From Octopus vulgaris (Eukaryota): a stretch of 64,000 bases of DNA. The position numbers and the translations under genes are program-made. The stretch is from assembly GCA_951406725.2 (NCBI GenBank), contig OX597833.1:43958001-44022000 (forward strand), written 5' to 3'. Each line of letters begins with the position of its first letter. Within the stretch, counting starts at the first letter, position 1. The notes under the pieces are model-generated. The model worked only from the letters and a program-made list of their open reading frames with translations. It was not told where the DNA came from and ran no database searches. Positions 12,319 to 24,794 of the stretch are shown here, in pieces.

Positions 12319-12664
12319 TAGATAGATAGATACATACATACATACATACATACATACATACATACATACATAGATGCGTATATGTGTACATGTTATTTAG
12401 ATTAAGTTTAATTAGGTATTACAATTGAGGCATCTTGTTAGAACGAAATTATGTGCACATTCAAGCAATAATAGGTGAGTATCAAACTACATAGAATTTT
12501 TCCCACCCGATATTCATGCAGTGTATGCAGATGGCATGATCCAACTTAGTGAATAAATTCGCTCTTGTTTCTTCAGGCACATGCTTTATATAAAGATACT
12601 TTTCCTAATACCACCGAAGTGCAGATTCCAGGGTAGGTGAGAATAATATAAATGAGTAGCAAAG

Positions 12665-13178
12665 ATGTATAAGTGTCAATTAATTGTGGCCGTTTTGAGC
12701 GACTTCTTCAATTTATTAATGAAAGCATTACCTCATTATAAAGAAAACTGTTCTCATCAGATGACCACACAGACCTCAAACATAGAGGAAAAGTTAGATA
12801 TTTAAACTTATTAATATCATCAATAGAGAACAAATATTTACAATGATTCTACAGCTAAATTATTTGGCAGATTCTGCTATAAGCTTTAAGCTTATCTTAT
12901 AATAATTTTACTTGTTCCGTTACTTAGCCCGTCGGTAACATTTTCATGTGATTAGAGAAAGGGAAGCAGATTCTGCCAAAAACATCAGCGGTGGAATCAT
13001 TGTAAATATTTGCTCTCTATTGATGAGATTAATATGTTTAAATATCTAACTTGTCTTTTATGTTTGAGATGTATGTGATCATCTGATGAGAACGGTTTAC
13101 TTTCTAAAGATGTAATGCTTTCATTGATGAATTAAAAGAGTCGCTCGAAACGGCCGTAATGAATTAACACTTATACAT
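12665..13178. repeat. Long imperfect inverted repeat (~210-bp arms, ~85-bp spacer)
   Basis: atgtataagtgtcaattaattgtggccgttttgagcgac...ggcagattctgct mirrors agcagattctgcc...gtcgctcgaaacggccgtaatgaattaacacttatacat. Confidence 0.9.
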
Positions 13179-13195
13179 ACATATACATACACGCA

Positions 13196-13226
<31 letters not shown>

Positions 13227-13253
13227 GCACATATATATATATATATATATATA

Positions 13254-14224
13254 TGGTTGTGGAAATATTGAGACCACCCCTCAAGTGACTAAAAGGTGGT
13301 CTAACTCATTGATATAAAGCAAAGAACTCTGGGTGATTGACAGATTGGGTTGGTAAGCAGTGCATTGTGAGCCGTGGTTGAGAGCGTTGAATCTCGTGAA
13401 ACAGTAATAGTAGTGCGTCGTGTAAATAATTTATTTCTTCCCTGCTTCGTTATATATAATACAAAAATATAAGTGGCACGAGTTGTTCATAGCTTGCGTT
13501 ACACGTTTAAAAAAAATTTTTGATACGAAACCAAACGAAAAATTCGTTTAACATAGAGAACTTATTGGCCTCTGTTGTGAAGTTGCAATAGCAATAGCAA
13601 CAACAACAACAACTACAGCAGTAGCAACAGTTACAGCAGCAGCTGCAACTACAAGAGCAGTAACAGCACTTGAAGAAATCCGAAAATACTTCAAGATCGT
13701 ACTCGCCGGACAGCGAAGCAAATTCAATTGAAGAATTCAGCTATAATCCAGAAGAAGGGATTACCTTCTCTGCGTATTTTCGTAGATACGAAGAAATCTT
13801 CAAAACAGTTGGTGCGACGAGAAAAAAACTACTACTACTTTTAAGAAAGTTATCCCCCGCAGAACACGAAAAATATTGTAATTATATTCTGCCAAAAACT
13901 TCAGGTGATATTTGCTTCGACGACATAATTAATTCTTTATCAAAAATTTTCGGTGAAAATAGTTCCCTCTTCAATACTCGCAGGCAATGTTTAAATTTTG
14001 TAGAAAAAGATGAAGAATTCGCCGGAGTCCTTAATAGAGAGTGTGAGAAATTCAAATCGAATGAATTGACCCCGGACATGTTCAGAAGTTTAATTTTTAT
14101 TCAAGAGCTTACTGCAAGTAAAGATGCAAATATACGTTCCCGGATATTAACAAAATTAGAACAGGACCAAATATTAACTCTGCAGGCAGTAGCAGGAGAA
14201 TGTCAGAGGATTATAAGTCTGTGA
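13254..14224 (+). mobile_element. Gypsy/Ty3 LTR retrotransposon 5' remnant (LTR, PBS-like site, gag)
   Basis: PBS-like tggcacgag at ~13474. ORF 13670-14224 IEEFSYNPEEGITFSAYFRRYEEIF...LLLRKLSPAEHEKYCNYILPK is an invertebrate Gypsy gag-like sequence, with a homologue at 27345-27630. Confidence 0.8.
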
Positions 14225-14751
14225 CATGACATTATCTTTTCGCCAAATTTCCACTTCAATAACATGAAACGCTGTAAATTTAAATATACTTAGCCTTGCC
14301 ATATAGAATAATGTATTTTAATGCATTTATTTTGCTCTTAACTACTATTCAGTTGTACATGAGATTTACGATCACCTGGCCACATTACTACACAAATACT
14401 TGGCTAAATACCTTCTGTAAGGCCTTTCTTTAATAGGAAGTAGTCCACAAGTGACGGAGTTTCGTGGGTTATCGAACTGAGCCCCCAACAATAATGAAGC
14501 CACCGCTTTTAGATGCAAGACAAAGTCGTCTTGTATAATTTGAACCCGAGAAGTAAACGGACATGACTAAATATTACAAAACATTTTCTACACCACTCTT
14601 ATTCATTTTCCTATTCTACCGCCCTTTTTATCCATAAGACTAAACTTATATGTTTCTTAGCAGTCACATTGATGCCATAATACTGAAATAGGAAGTTGTC
14701 AAACTATAAATAGAGTGTGTGTGAATTTAATTTATATATACATGTGCGTGC

Positions 14752-14819
<68 letters not shown>

Positions 14820-14899
14820 TCTCTTCTGTTGTTACTTATTTTAATTCTTGTTCTGAAGAAGGAGCTTGCTGTTACGCTAACAGATTTTTATATTCATAA

Positions 14900-15340
14900 T
14901 GTGCAAGATATTTGTTTGATTTTTTTTTCTGAAAGCCCTAACTTATCCAGATTGTCACTTAGGCATTTACTCACGAAACTTAGTGCACCAATTATTATTG
15001 GTAGAAATGCGAACCTTCATATGTAACCTGGCTGCTTCGGAGAACTTGTCCATAGTTATCACTATTCTCTTTCATTTTCAAAAAGATATTCACATGAACG
15101 GGTCAGCTGACCTCTACGACGATACATACCTTGTTTCTTGTCTGTCCCCAATAACTATATCTGGCCTGTTACTTTTACAATTGATAGATGTTTTGATGGG
15201 AATATTCCACCTGTATTCCTTGTGTTGATCATAGTCTATGTAATCAATAAGAGGGAAATTCACTATATTTATTCCAGGACAGTTTTTCTTTCGAAAGGCC
15301 ATTGTATATTTTTTTGCGACAATATCGTGTCGCATGTGTG
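14900..15340 (-). mobile_element. Non-LTR retrotransposon fragment with restriction-like endonuclease (R2/R4/NeSL type)
   Basis: MRHDIVAK...WNIPIKTSINCKSNRPDIVIGDRQE contains the RHD and RPD motifs of RLE elements. Confidence 0.7.
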
Positions 15341-15727
15341 TGCGGGTGGGGGTGGTGCTTCGGTGACACTTTTTGGCAGTTGTTAATCACAATTGATTAC
15401 ACCATACATTACGTCGAACTGTATACCGTAGAATAAGGTTTGCAAAAAATGCACTGAGATGTAGCAGTAAATTAACATATAGCTATTAGGAGACTTTTCG
15501 AGGCTTTTCGACCTGCGAGAAATGGCAGCAAAATCCCAATCTTTTCTGGACATATTTGATATAGTCCTAATTGTACTCTGCTTTAAAACCATAGTCGTGA
15601 TTGCCACAGCTGGAATATCTTTAGGTATAGGTCTGCTCAGACAGATCAAACATCAAAGACGTGAGACTAAATAGCAACAATAATAACAAGAACATGCAAA
15701 AGCGCTAATCAAAGAAAATTTACTTAC

Positions 15728-16033
15728 TTGCTTAGTTGAAGAGTAATTTAGTTAGAGTTTGGCCATTCACAAAACATGTGATGTTTGTTACGCCAAAGTC
15801 CTCCTGTTTTACAGTGTATTTATAAATTGACGCTACTGGAGTTAAACACTCGTCACGAGATGGAACTTTAATGTTATCCTCATGTAAACTTGTATCATCA
15901 CGCGTTCTTTTAAACCATAGAAAGTCTTTAATGCCAAAAGGTGCTGGGACATATGCTAAACATCTGAAGATCGCTGTCTTGCCCACTACAATGGGTAGGT
16001 TAACAACTGTTAGTTTATCTAGGTGAGATCGCG
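15728..16033 (-). CDS. Ig-array gene 2, Ig2 exon (306 nt) with in-frame TAA at 15734-15732
   Basis: Acceptor ttttcttttcag and donor gtaagt at 15727. Translation: ARSHLDKLTVVNLPIVVGKTAIFRCLAYVPAPFGIKDFLWFK...DECLTPVASIYKYTVKQEDFGVTNITCFVNGQTLTKLLFN*. Same length (306 nt) as the gene 3 Ig2 exon. Confidence 0.82.
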
Positions 16034-16079
16034 CTGAAAAGAAAACGAATCAAAATATGTAAATCTTAGAATAATAGAC

Positions 16080-16225
16080 GGATCATTTCGGTTTGAACGG
16101 CAGTTTTTTCTAGCGGTGTCATATGAAATTGTCACCCATAATTATGACCCCTAGTATCGATCTATTGCATTTCAATCTGTTTTAGGGTTAGGGTTAGGGG
16201 TGGGGGAAGGGTATCTTTTTTTCGG
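16080..16225 (-). mobile_element. Truncated GGATC-TIR MITE (right end only)
   Basis: Reverse complement of 8190-8341, including gggttagggttaggg. Confidence 0.8.
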
Positions 16226-16567
16226 TTATCTTAGACCTTAATTGTAATTCATAATCTTACTTTAACAGAAAGATCGTTGAACCATGCAAAAAATATAGGT
16301 TTTCTGTGAATGAATGCGGAGTGGAATAACTCAAATTTTGTCCGTTTTAAATTTAAGTTACACTAGGGTCAACAATACCTATCATCCTTTCGGGGTCTCT
16401 CCCCGAACATGCTGGCCTTGTGCCAGAATTTGAAACCTATATTTCTTGTCTTACTGTTTTAATTATCCTAACGACTTTTTCAGAAAATTGCATGACCAGG
16501 TATTACACGCAGCATGTAGAGTAGGTTCATTACAACAGAAAACATAAACCACAGAAAAATATGTTAC

Positions 16568-16945
16568 ACTAGCAGTATCGCCCGGCGTTGCTCGGGTTTG
16601 TAAGGGAAATAACTATACAAGCATTTTTAGAGAGTTATAGCCCAAAAAATAGCAAGAAAAAATGCATTAAAAATGGAAAAAAAATTATGGTAAATTTTTT
16701 TTAAATCGTTGACTCATCGTAGACATTTTTAGAGAGTTACTTCCCTTATATGATAGCGAAAAAAATGCATTAAAATGGAAAAAAAATGATGGTAATTTTT
16801 TTTTTAAATCGTAGACTCATCGTAGACGCGCGCTAATGCCCAGAAGATACCCGGTTTTGGTTAAACTGCATCGCAAAATGTGGGAGTAGTTAGGAATCTA
16901 AATCGTAGGAGACAGACACACAACTTGACTTTTATATATAAAGAT
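16568..16945 (-). mobile_element. Non-autonomous Helitron-like element
   Basis: Same CTAG-plus-hairpin end as 2682 and 3740. Contains an internal tandem duplication. Confidence 0.7.
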
Positions 16946-17058
16946 ATCAAAGGTTATAGATCTGGGTTCGATAGTGCAATAGAAACGCGCCATAGAAATA
17001 TAATGAGTGATAATGGAGATGAATAAATGAAAAGAAAAAAAAAAGAAGTAAAACTGAC

Positions 17059-17376
17059 CTTTTAAAATCTTAGTTTCTGAAGTTTGGGCATATGCTGTAA
17101 ATGAATAGCTTGCGGCATCCTTACATGTGGGGTTAAATTTCCAGCAGGTAGTCACACCTCTATAATCAGTGATTGTAGAACACTCGAAACCTCTACGCGC
17201 CTCTTTATAATATGAGCGTGCATCCCAATGATATCTATATGTGAAAACAATATCGTTGTTTTGCATGAGGTGAAAGTTAATAGGACCTAGCAGCTTAAAC
17301 TGGCATATTATAGTTATTCCAGCAGTGTTTCCAAATTCAATATAATGAGGAGGTGAGATGTCTAGAATTCTAATAT
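17059..17376 (-). CDS. Ig-array gene 2, Ig1 exon (318 nt, phase 1-1); F-strand Cys replaced by Phe
   Basis: Acceptor tttttttactacatag and donor G|gtcagt. Translation: (Y)IRILDISPPHYIEFGNTAGITIICQFKLLGPINFHLMQNN...RGFECST...TTCWKFNPTCKDAASYSFTAYAQTSETKILK. Confidence 0.85.
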
Positions 17377-17454
17377 CTATGTAGTAAAAAAAGAAAACAA
17401 CAACAAAAAACAGATAGTTTTTATGAAAAAAGTATAAATGTAGTTATGGAACAT

Positions 17455-18090
17455 GAAAGAAGAAGAAGAAGAAGAAGAAAGAGGAGGAGGAGAAGAAGAA
17501 GAAGAAGAAGGAGAAGAAGAAGAAGGAAGTGGAGAAGAAAAAGAATGAAGAAGGAAGAGGAGGAGAAGAAGAATGAAGAAGAAGAAGAAGAAAGAGGAGG
17601 AGAAGAAGAAAGAGGAGGAGAAAAAGAAGAAGAAGTAGAAGAAGAAAGAGGAAGAGAAGAAGAAGAATGAAGAAGAATGAAGAAGAAGAAGTAGAAGAAT
17701 GAAGAAGAAGAAGAAGAAGAAGAAAGAGGAGGAGAAGAAGAAGAAAGAGGAGGAGAAAAAGAAGAAGTAGAAGAAGAAAGAGGAGGAGAAGAAGAAGAAT
17801 GAAGAAGAATGAAGAAGAAGAAGAAGAAGAAGAAGAAGAAGAAAGAGGAGGAGAAAAAGAAGAAGTAGAAGAAGAAAGAGGAGAAGAAGAAGAATGAAGA
17901 AGAATGAAGAAGAAGAAGTAGAAGAATGAAGAAGAAGAAGAAGAAGAAGAAGAAGAAGAAAGAGGAGGAGAAGAAGAAGAAGAAGAAGAGAAGAGGAGGA
18001 GGAGGAGAAGAAGAAGAAGAGAAAGAATAAGAAGAGAAAGAAGAAGAAGAAGAAGAAGAGGAGGAGAAGAAGAAGAAGAAGAAGAGGAGG
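17455..18090. repeat. Expanded (GAA/GGA)n tract next to the gene 2 Ig1 acceptor
   Basis: Direct reading; about 630 bp with higher-order repeat units. Confidence 0.95.
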
Positions 18091-18177
18091 CGGGGGGTGT
18101 TGATTTGGATATGGATTACTTTTCCATAAATTGTGTTTTTTTAACGTTTATTGCTATATGTGTAATGGTGCCGTTGT

Positions 18178-18560
18178 GGAGGCGCAATGGCCCAGTGGTT
18201 AGGTCAGCGGACTCGCGGTAGTAGGATCACGGTTTCGATTCCCAGACCGGGCGTTGTGAGTGTTTATTGAGCGAAAACACCTAAAAGCTCCACGAGGCTC
18301 CGGCAGGGGGTGGTGGTGATCCCTGCTGTACTCTTTCACCACAACTTTCTCTCACTCTTACTTTCTGTTTTTGTTGTACTTGTATTTCAAAGGGCCGGCC
18401 TTGTCACTCTCTGTGTCACGCTGAATATCCCCGAGAACTACGTTAAGGGTACACGTGTCTGTGGAGTGCTCAGCCACTTACACGTTAATTTCACGAGCAG
18501 GCTGTACCGTTGATCGGATCAACCGGAACCCTCGTCGTCGTAACCGACGGAGTGCTTCCA
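18178..18560 (+). mobile_element. tRNA-derived SINE, third family
   Basis: A-box tggcccagtggttagg and B-box-like ggtttcgattccc head followed by a non-tRNA body. A degenerate relative lies at ~21465-21730. Confidence 0.75.
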
Positions 18561-18690
18561 ATGGTGTCGTGATTTACAGCACAACGGAACCCTACCTTAT
18601 CCTCTCTTTTTCGTTTCCCTTTTCTCTCATCCAAGCACCCCTACCACCAAAATTCATCATGTTCACACATACTTACCCACACATACATGC

Positions 18691-18725
<35 letters not shown>

Positions 18726-18880
18726 TTCACGTATGTACACACGTAAATACACACACACATAGTTTCAAAATAATGAAGAACATCTCAAACACTCTGAAAA
18801 TATAATCGTCCCAAAGCCCAAGAGAACAAACCGAACTGTAGTTTTTTTCAACTAACTCACATATGTATGTATGTGTGTAT

Positions 18881-18937
<57 letters not shown>

Positions 18938-18972
18938 CGTTCGATTAGTACCCTTCTCTAGTGATACGTGAT

Positions 18973-19019
18973 ACACACAGATCCGGATTTCTGGGTGGTT
19001 ACTCGTCTTCAGTGTGTGT
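18973..19019 (-). ncRNA. Type-I hammerhead ribozyme motif, retrozyme-like family (second copy)
   Basis: Near-identical to 20121-20167, with one stem II mismatch (cgagt vs cgggt). Confidence 0.65.
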
Positions 19020-19078
19020 CAATCACTGGCTAGTGATGAAGAACTCATTCCACTCGCAAAATACTATATCCTGTGTAT

Positions 19079-19460
19079 AGGCGCAGGAGTGGCTGTGTGG
19101 TAAGTAGCTTGCTAACCAACCACATGGTTCCGGGTTCAGTCCCACTGCGTGGCATCTTGGGCAAGTGTCTTCTGCTATAGCCCCGGGCCGACCAATGCCT
19201 TGTGAGTGGATTTGGTAGACGGAAACTGAAAGAAGCCTGTCGTATATATGTATATATATATATGTGTGTGTGTGTTTGTGTATCTGTGTTTGTCCCCCTA
19301 GCATTGCTTGACAACCGATGCTGGTGTGTTTACGTCCCCGTCACTTAGCGGTTCGGCAAAACAGACCGATAGAATAAGTCCTGGGGTCGATTTGCTCGAC
19401 TAAAGGCGGTGCTCCAGCATGGCCGCAGTCAAATGACTGAAACAAGTAAAAGAGTAAAAA
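19079..19460 (+). mobile_element. Full-length tRNA-derived SINE family B (CORE-like)
   Basis: Head ggcgcaggagtggctgtgtggtaag...gggttcagtccc, CORE-like cttgggcaagtgtctt, internal (TA)/(TG) microsatellite, tail aaaagagtaaaa. Confidence 0.9.
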
Positions 19461-19524
<64 letters not shown>

Positions 19525-19609
19525 CGAATTTTCTATTAAAAACAATCACTCATTACAAATCTCTCAAAAGGATGAAAAGTGGATAATAAGTTGTGAACCC
19601 AATTGCTTA

Positions 19610-19787
19610 GTATACTCAGAAAAAAAGTATAGCTTTAAATTGTCTCCCTCTGTCAGTTATTGTTTTAGTAATACCGTAACGAAAACTCCAACTCTCTAAT
19701 AATGTCTGAGCAATTGTTATAACAGATATATTTTTGATTAGTGTAGCTTCAGGCCATCTCGAGAAACGATCAATGCAGAGATTTATC

Positions 19788-19790
<3 letters not shown>
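19610..19790 (-). mobile_element. Gypsy integrase remnant
   Basis: IDRFSRWPEATLIKNISVITIAQTLLESWSFRYGITKTITDRGRQFKA resembles the rve core (D..SRWPEA...TDRGxQF). Confidence 0.8.
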
Positions 19791-19843
<53 letters not shown>

Positions 19844-19896
19844 CTGAAAAAACATTTTTTAACATACTGGTTAACAGAAAATTTTACAGAAAATAA

Positions 19897-20450
19897 AGGG
19901 AGATATAAGTTATATTAAATCTCTGAGAGAGATGAACACTAACAGAACGGAATAGTCAATATATATTTGCCAACTTAATGTGGCGGTCCTATAGAGAACA
20001 GTGTTCCTATTGTTTTTAGACCCAGGAAAATATCTCCTCCTGCTGACCAACAACACATAGTCTGTGTTCGATTAGTATTTGCGAGAGTGGTCATCGCCCC
20101 CTTCTCTAGTGATACGTGATACACACAGATCCGGATTTCTGGGTGGTTACCCGTCTTCAGTGTGTGTCAATCACTGGCTAGTGATGAAGAACTCATTCCA
20201 CTCGCAAAATACTATATCCTTTTTCTAGCGACACAGTGTCGCTGATTTCGTGAAGAGAGAGATAAGTTATATTAAATCTCTGAGCGAGTGATAAACAGTA
20301 ACAGTCCGGAATGGTAAAATATATTTGCTAACTGAATGTGGCGGTCCTATAGAGGACGGTGTTACTGTTGTTCTTAACCCCAGGAAGAAATCTCCTCCAG
20401 CTGGCCAAGGACACACAATCTTTGTCTGATTACTATTTGCGAGGGGAAAT
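19897..20450 (-). mobile_element. ~1.5 tandem units of a ~358-bp hammerhead-containing repeat (non-LTR retrozyme-like)
   Basis: 19899-20088 is repeated at 20257-20447, and the hammerhead at 20121-20167 lies within the unit. Other copies at 18938-19072 and 29870-30352. Confidence 0.72.
20121..20167 (-). ncRNA. Type-I hammerhead ribozyme motif with canonical core
   Basis: Minus strand: ACACACA-CTGAAGA-c GGGT aacc ACCC a-GAAA-tccgga-TC-TGTGTGT. 7-bp stem I, palindromic ATCCGGAT stem III, AUC cleavage site. Confidence 0.8.
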
Positions 20451-20786
20451 TAGGGAAATTATTCATATTAACAAATATTCAGCCAACTTGCGCGGGAAAT
20501 GCACCAGTCTCCCATATTTTGTTACTGTGGATTTATTTTTTGATGTATCCTTCAATATTGATTTTCTATTATTGATGTTAACATTTTGTGACAGGGATCA
20601 TATTGCCAACCTAGTTCATTGAAACTACACTAGAGAAAGAGTTGAGGTTTATGACTAAGTCATTAGTAAGAAAAACCTTTATGAAGTGGTGAAGACGAAT
20701 GGCCACAAGACGTTGAGATTCTCCTTAAGAGTTGATGGGAAGAGACTTCTTGAATGGCCATTTACTGTGTTTGAGAAGACCTGTCC

Positions 20787-20825
<39 letters not shown>

Positions 20826-21764
20826 CTCTCATCCCTTCTAAGTGCACAAGCAATTAATTCAACTGTGTATCAACCACCTGCTCTTTTCGCTCCGTCTTAA
20901 TTTTGCAATCACTATTAATATGCATGATTCAGTTGAGGTGTCTTATGTTGCAGGTACTTATGAACCTCACAATTGCCATTGCCATTGCGACAAAAGATTC
21001 CCCCCCCCCGGGGACTCTGAGAAGCAGTTGGAGTCAGGAAGGGCATCCAGCCGTAGAAACCAGTCCAAAGCAGACACTGAACCTCGGCGTACCTCTCTCA
21101 GGGGGCTGTTCATGTCGAACCGTCCAGCCCATGCCAGCATGCAAATAAAACGTTCTAGTGGGCGCAAAGTCCCATGAAATTATACATGGCTGGATGGCAT
21201 TTGCATGAAAATGTATGTTTTTATGAGTCCCGAAGATCACAAGACTATTTTTTGATTCCCTAAGATCACAGAACTATTTTCACTCAGCTTGTAGAAATGG
21301 GTTGCGACCTCACAAGTACCATGCTGCATCAGCATTTGGCTTTCCCTTGGATAACATCAGTGGCGTGGAGAGGGGAGGTCGACATGGATGGTCGATCACT
21401 GGTCTTCCATAAACAACCTCGCCCGGACGTGAGCCGCGGAGAGCAACTTACCAGTTGCATTTGAGGGCGCATGGACCAGTGGTTAGGGTGTTGCACTCAC
21501 GTTCTAATGATCGTGATTTCAATTCCTAGACCGGGTGGTGCACTGTGTTCTTGAGCAAAAAATTAATCTCACGTTGTTCTGTGATCACTTCGATACCTGA
21601 CGCATAGTACACAGTGACCTCGATTTGATGGAGAAAATTAACTAATGTACAGCGCATACATTTGATCACCATAGACAAACAATTTGTGCACGTAGTTCGG
21701 CAATTTGCTGAACACTCGTACATCATCTTTGACGGGAGAACCATCATATATCATATCAAATCGT

Positions 21765-21987
21765 ATCGTATCGTATCATATCATATATATCATATCACAT
21801 CACATCACATCACATCACATCACATCACATCACATCACATCACATCACATCATATCATATCATATCATATCATATCATATCATATCATATCATATCATAT
21901 CATATCATCATATCATATCATATCATATCATATCATATCATATCATCATATCATATCATATCATATCATATCATATCATATATATAT

Positions 21988-22040
<53 letters not shown>
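21765..22040. repeat. Compound pentanucleotide microsatellite (ATCAC)n/(ATCAT)n plus (TA)n
   Basis: Direct reading. Confidence 0.95.
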
Positions 22041-22043
<3 letters not shown>

Positions 22044-22074
22044 ATTGAAAAACACGGAATGTTCTTAATCTGAC

Positions 22075-22930
22075 CAGACTGAAACTAAAAACGGTTTTTA
22101 CTTCAGTCATTAGGGAACTTTCGTACGCTGACGATTGTGATCTTGTCAGTCATTCTGATACAGGTCTGCAATCTCTTGTATCTGCGTTTGTTGGCTTGGA
22201 GTCACGCGTTTGGTGCCAGCGACATATAAATAAGAATACAAAGCTGGCTCTTTACAAATCATTTGTCTTACCATCCCTGTTGTATTCTTGTGAAAGATGG
22301 ACTTGTTATGAAAGGCATTTTCAATTGTTAGAACAATTCCTCCAAAAATGCCTTCATCGCATTTAAAACGTTAAATAGAGATATTTTACTCTAAAAACAG
22401 ATCTCCTTGTACCTGCTGGCATCACCTCAATTAAATCTATGATTTTGAGGAACCAAATGAGATGGTGGGCCGAAACAGCTGTTTTATGGTGAGCTTCCAG
22501 AGGGGAAACGCTATAAGCGTAAGCCTAAAAAAAGGTTTAAGGACGGTATAAGGACTACTATGAAGTCATTTGGAATGGATCCAGAAGACATAGAAATCCC
22601 TGCTTCGAACTGAGTTGGATGGTGAACAAAAGTGTGGAGTGGAGTAAAAGCATTTCTAGAGACCAGGACAACACACGTAAGTCTCAAAAGAGATCTAAAA
22701 AAGAATGTTACAATCGAGAAGGTGAATGACAATGACCTTTTTCTGTGTACAGTTTGTGACAGACCATACTTTTCTTTAACTGGGTTTAAATTTCATTTGC
22801 GATCATGGAAAACGAACCTCCACCAACAATTCTGCCTATATATCTGTGCATACCTTTGAATGTAGTGTATGCCAGAAGGTCAGCAAATCTAACGGAGGCC
22901 TCAAAAGACATGTTAAGATCCACAAAGATT
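22075..22930 (+). mobile_element. Degenerate RTE-clade LINE 3' fragment
   Basis: IRELSYADDCDLVSH, LPSLLYSCERWT, QLFYGEL..GKR..RKPKKRFKD and C2H2-like CTVCDR. Homologous to 59690-60650. Confidence 0.8.
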
Positions 22931-22936
22931 AGAACT

Positions 22937-22994
<58 letters not shown>

Positions 22995-23400
22995 TGTTTC
23001 TTTATTAGTCACACAGGGCTGCACACAGACGGGACAGATTACTAAGTAGAGCTTTTCTTTTTGGGGAAAGAAAAAAAAAGGTGGGGTAGGTTTTCGATCA
23101 AAAGGGATCGTAAAAGGGAAAGAAGAAAAAAAAAAGGAAAAGAGACAAAAGAAAAAAAACGATCAATAGGGATCGTGTATCACAGAAAAGCCTACGGAAA
23201 AGACCACGGTAACCTCGGTCTTGTATTGTTACATGTTACCACATTTGTTTGCAAGTAGGTAACCCTCTGTTTTACATTTCCGGGTTCATAGAATTATGCT
23301 GAAGGTGGCTTCGTCATTCATACGTGCCATCCTTGCTATATTCATCCATCTTTTTTTAAAACATTCGCTAGAAAAAACTTGCCTCTCTACTCTCACTTAC
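22995..23400 (-). mobile_element. 3' end of a Tx1/L1-like LINE
   Basis: Shares atgtttctttattag.cacacagggctgcacacagacgggac with 49072-49345. The minus strand at 23310-23400 encodes KVRVERQVFSSECFKKRWMNIARMARMN, similar to the end of the 41239-41583 ORF. Confidence 0.6.
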
Positions 23401-23437
23401 CTTTTCAAGATAGATAGATAGATAAATAGATAGATTG

Positions 23438-23489
<52 letters not shown>

Positions 23490-23848
23490 GTAGATAGATA
23501 GATAGATTGACAGATAGTTAGATAGATATGTGTGTATGTATCTATGTATATATTTATGGTAGCATGTATGTATGTATGCATGTATGCATGCAGGTCTGTA
23601 TGCATCTATGAATGCTTGCATGTATGCATGTAAGCATGTATGTATGCATGTATGTATGCATGCATGTATCTATGTAAGCATGTATGTATGTATGTATGTA
23701 TGTATGTATGTATGTATGTATGTATGTATGTATGTATGCATGCATATATGTATGTATGTATAGTGCGTCTGGCGACGATCAAAGTATTAAATCTGAAACA
23801 GATTCAGTGATGGAAGCGAAGAAAATATTTTTCTTAATATTAACTTAC

Positions 23849-23897
23849 AGGCCATAGTGTAGGAAGCCATCATCACTATCATCATAGCTAGCAACAT
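23849..23897 (-). CDS. Ig-array gene 2, signal-peptide exon (coding part)
   Basis: MLLAMMIVMMASYTMA plus 1 nt, donor gtaagt, 49 nt. In frame with the Ig1 exon at 17376. Confidence 0.8.
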
Positions 23898-24138
23898 CGT
23901 TAATCTTGAAAGACTATTGTAAAGCAGAAGTAGAAATGATTGTCGGCTCCCAGACGAAAAGATGTGTCTGTTACAAAAAGTTCAGTCGAAATGATAAAAC
24001 AACAAAAAATTAAGAGAAAAACGCAATATATGTGTGAATGAGAGAGGGAGTGAGACTCGAAGTGTGAGTGAAGCTGAGATTGTTTCATCTTGCAGTTTGT
24101 TTCTCTCGGTCTCTCTCTCTCTCCCACTCTGTATTCCC

Positions 24139-24187
<49 letters not shown>

Positions 24188-24656
24188 CTCTCTCATTCAC
24201 TCACTTCATTTATACTTCGAGAAGAATTCATTTATATCACATAGAAAACAGTTTGGTAAAAAGTAAAGACCAAACACATACAGACGCCGCGTGCACTCAC
24301 CACAAACACACACCACAAACACACACACACACGTATACACACACACACACACACACGCGTGTGCAGACACACACACACACACACACACGCGTGTGCAGAC
24401 ACACACGCACACACACACACACACACACGCACACACGTATACACACATACAAACAAAGAGGGAAAAAGAAGATAGTGAGTATCAATATATTAAGCGAATG
24501 AGTGAGTAGAAGTATTGTGATCAAGAAAGAGACGGTCACTAAGAACGCGTGTGAGTAAAGTGACGACGGAAGATAAAAGTGAAAGTGAAAAAGGGAGATA
24601 AGAAAAAAGATTGACAAGGAAATGTTAGAGTGAGAGTATAAAAAACGCTATGAAAA

Positions 24657-24689
<33 letters not shown>

Positions 24690-24712
24690 AAGATAGACAA
24701 CGTCAGAGGGAA

Positions 24713-24749
<37 letters not shown>

Positions 24750-24794
24750 AACGGTAAAAACATTCAAAAATTCTCTTTTTTAATACAGTTACTC

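Noticed and set aside
15560-15660. ctgctcag similarity to the linker micro-exon downstream of gene 2 Ig2
   Set aside because: Only about 8 nt match, and there are no corresponding splice sites.
17446-17670. Poly-Arg/Glu ORF resembling a protamine
   Set aside because: It is the (GAA/GGA)n intron tract, also present beside the other Ig1 exons.
18178-18250. tRNA-like sequence with A and B boxes
   Set aside because: There is no complete cloverleaf or acceptor stem, and it continues into a SINE body.
21765-22040. Regular short repeats (CRISPR-like periodicity)
   Set aside because: This is a pentanucleotide microsatellite without unique spacers, in a eukaryotic context with no cas genes.
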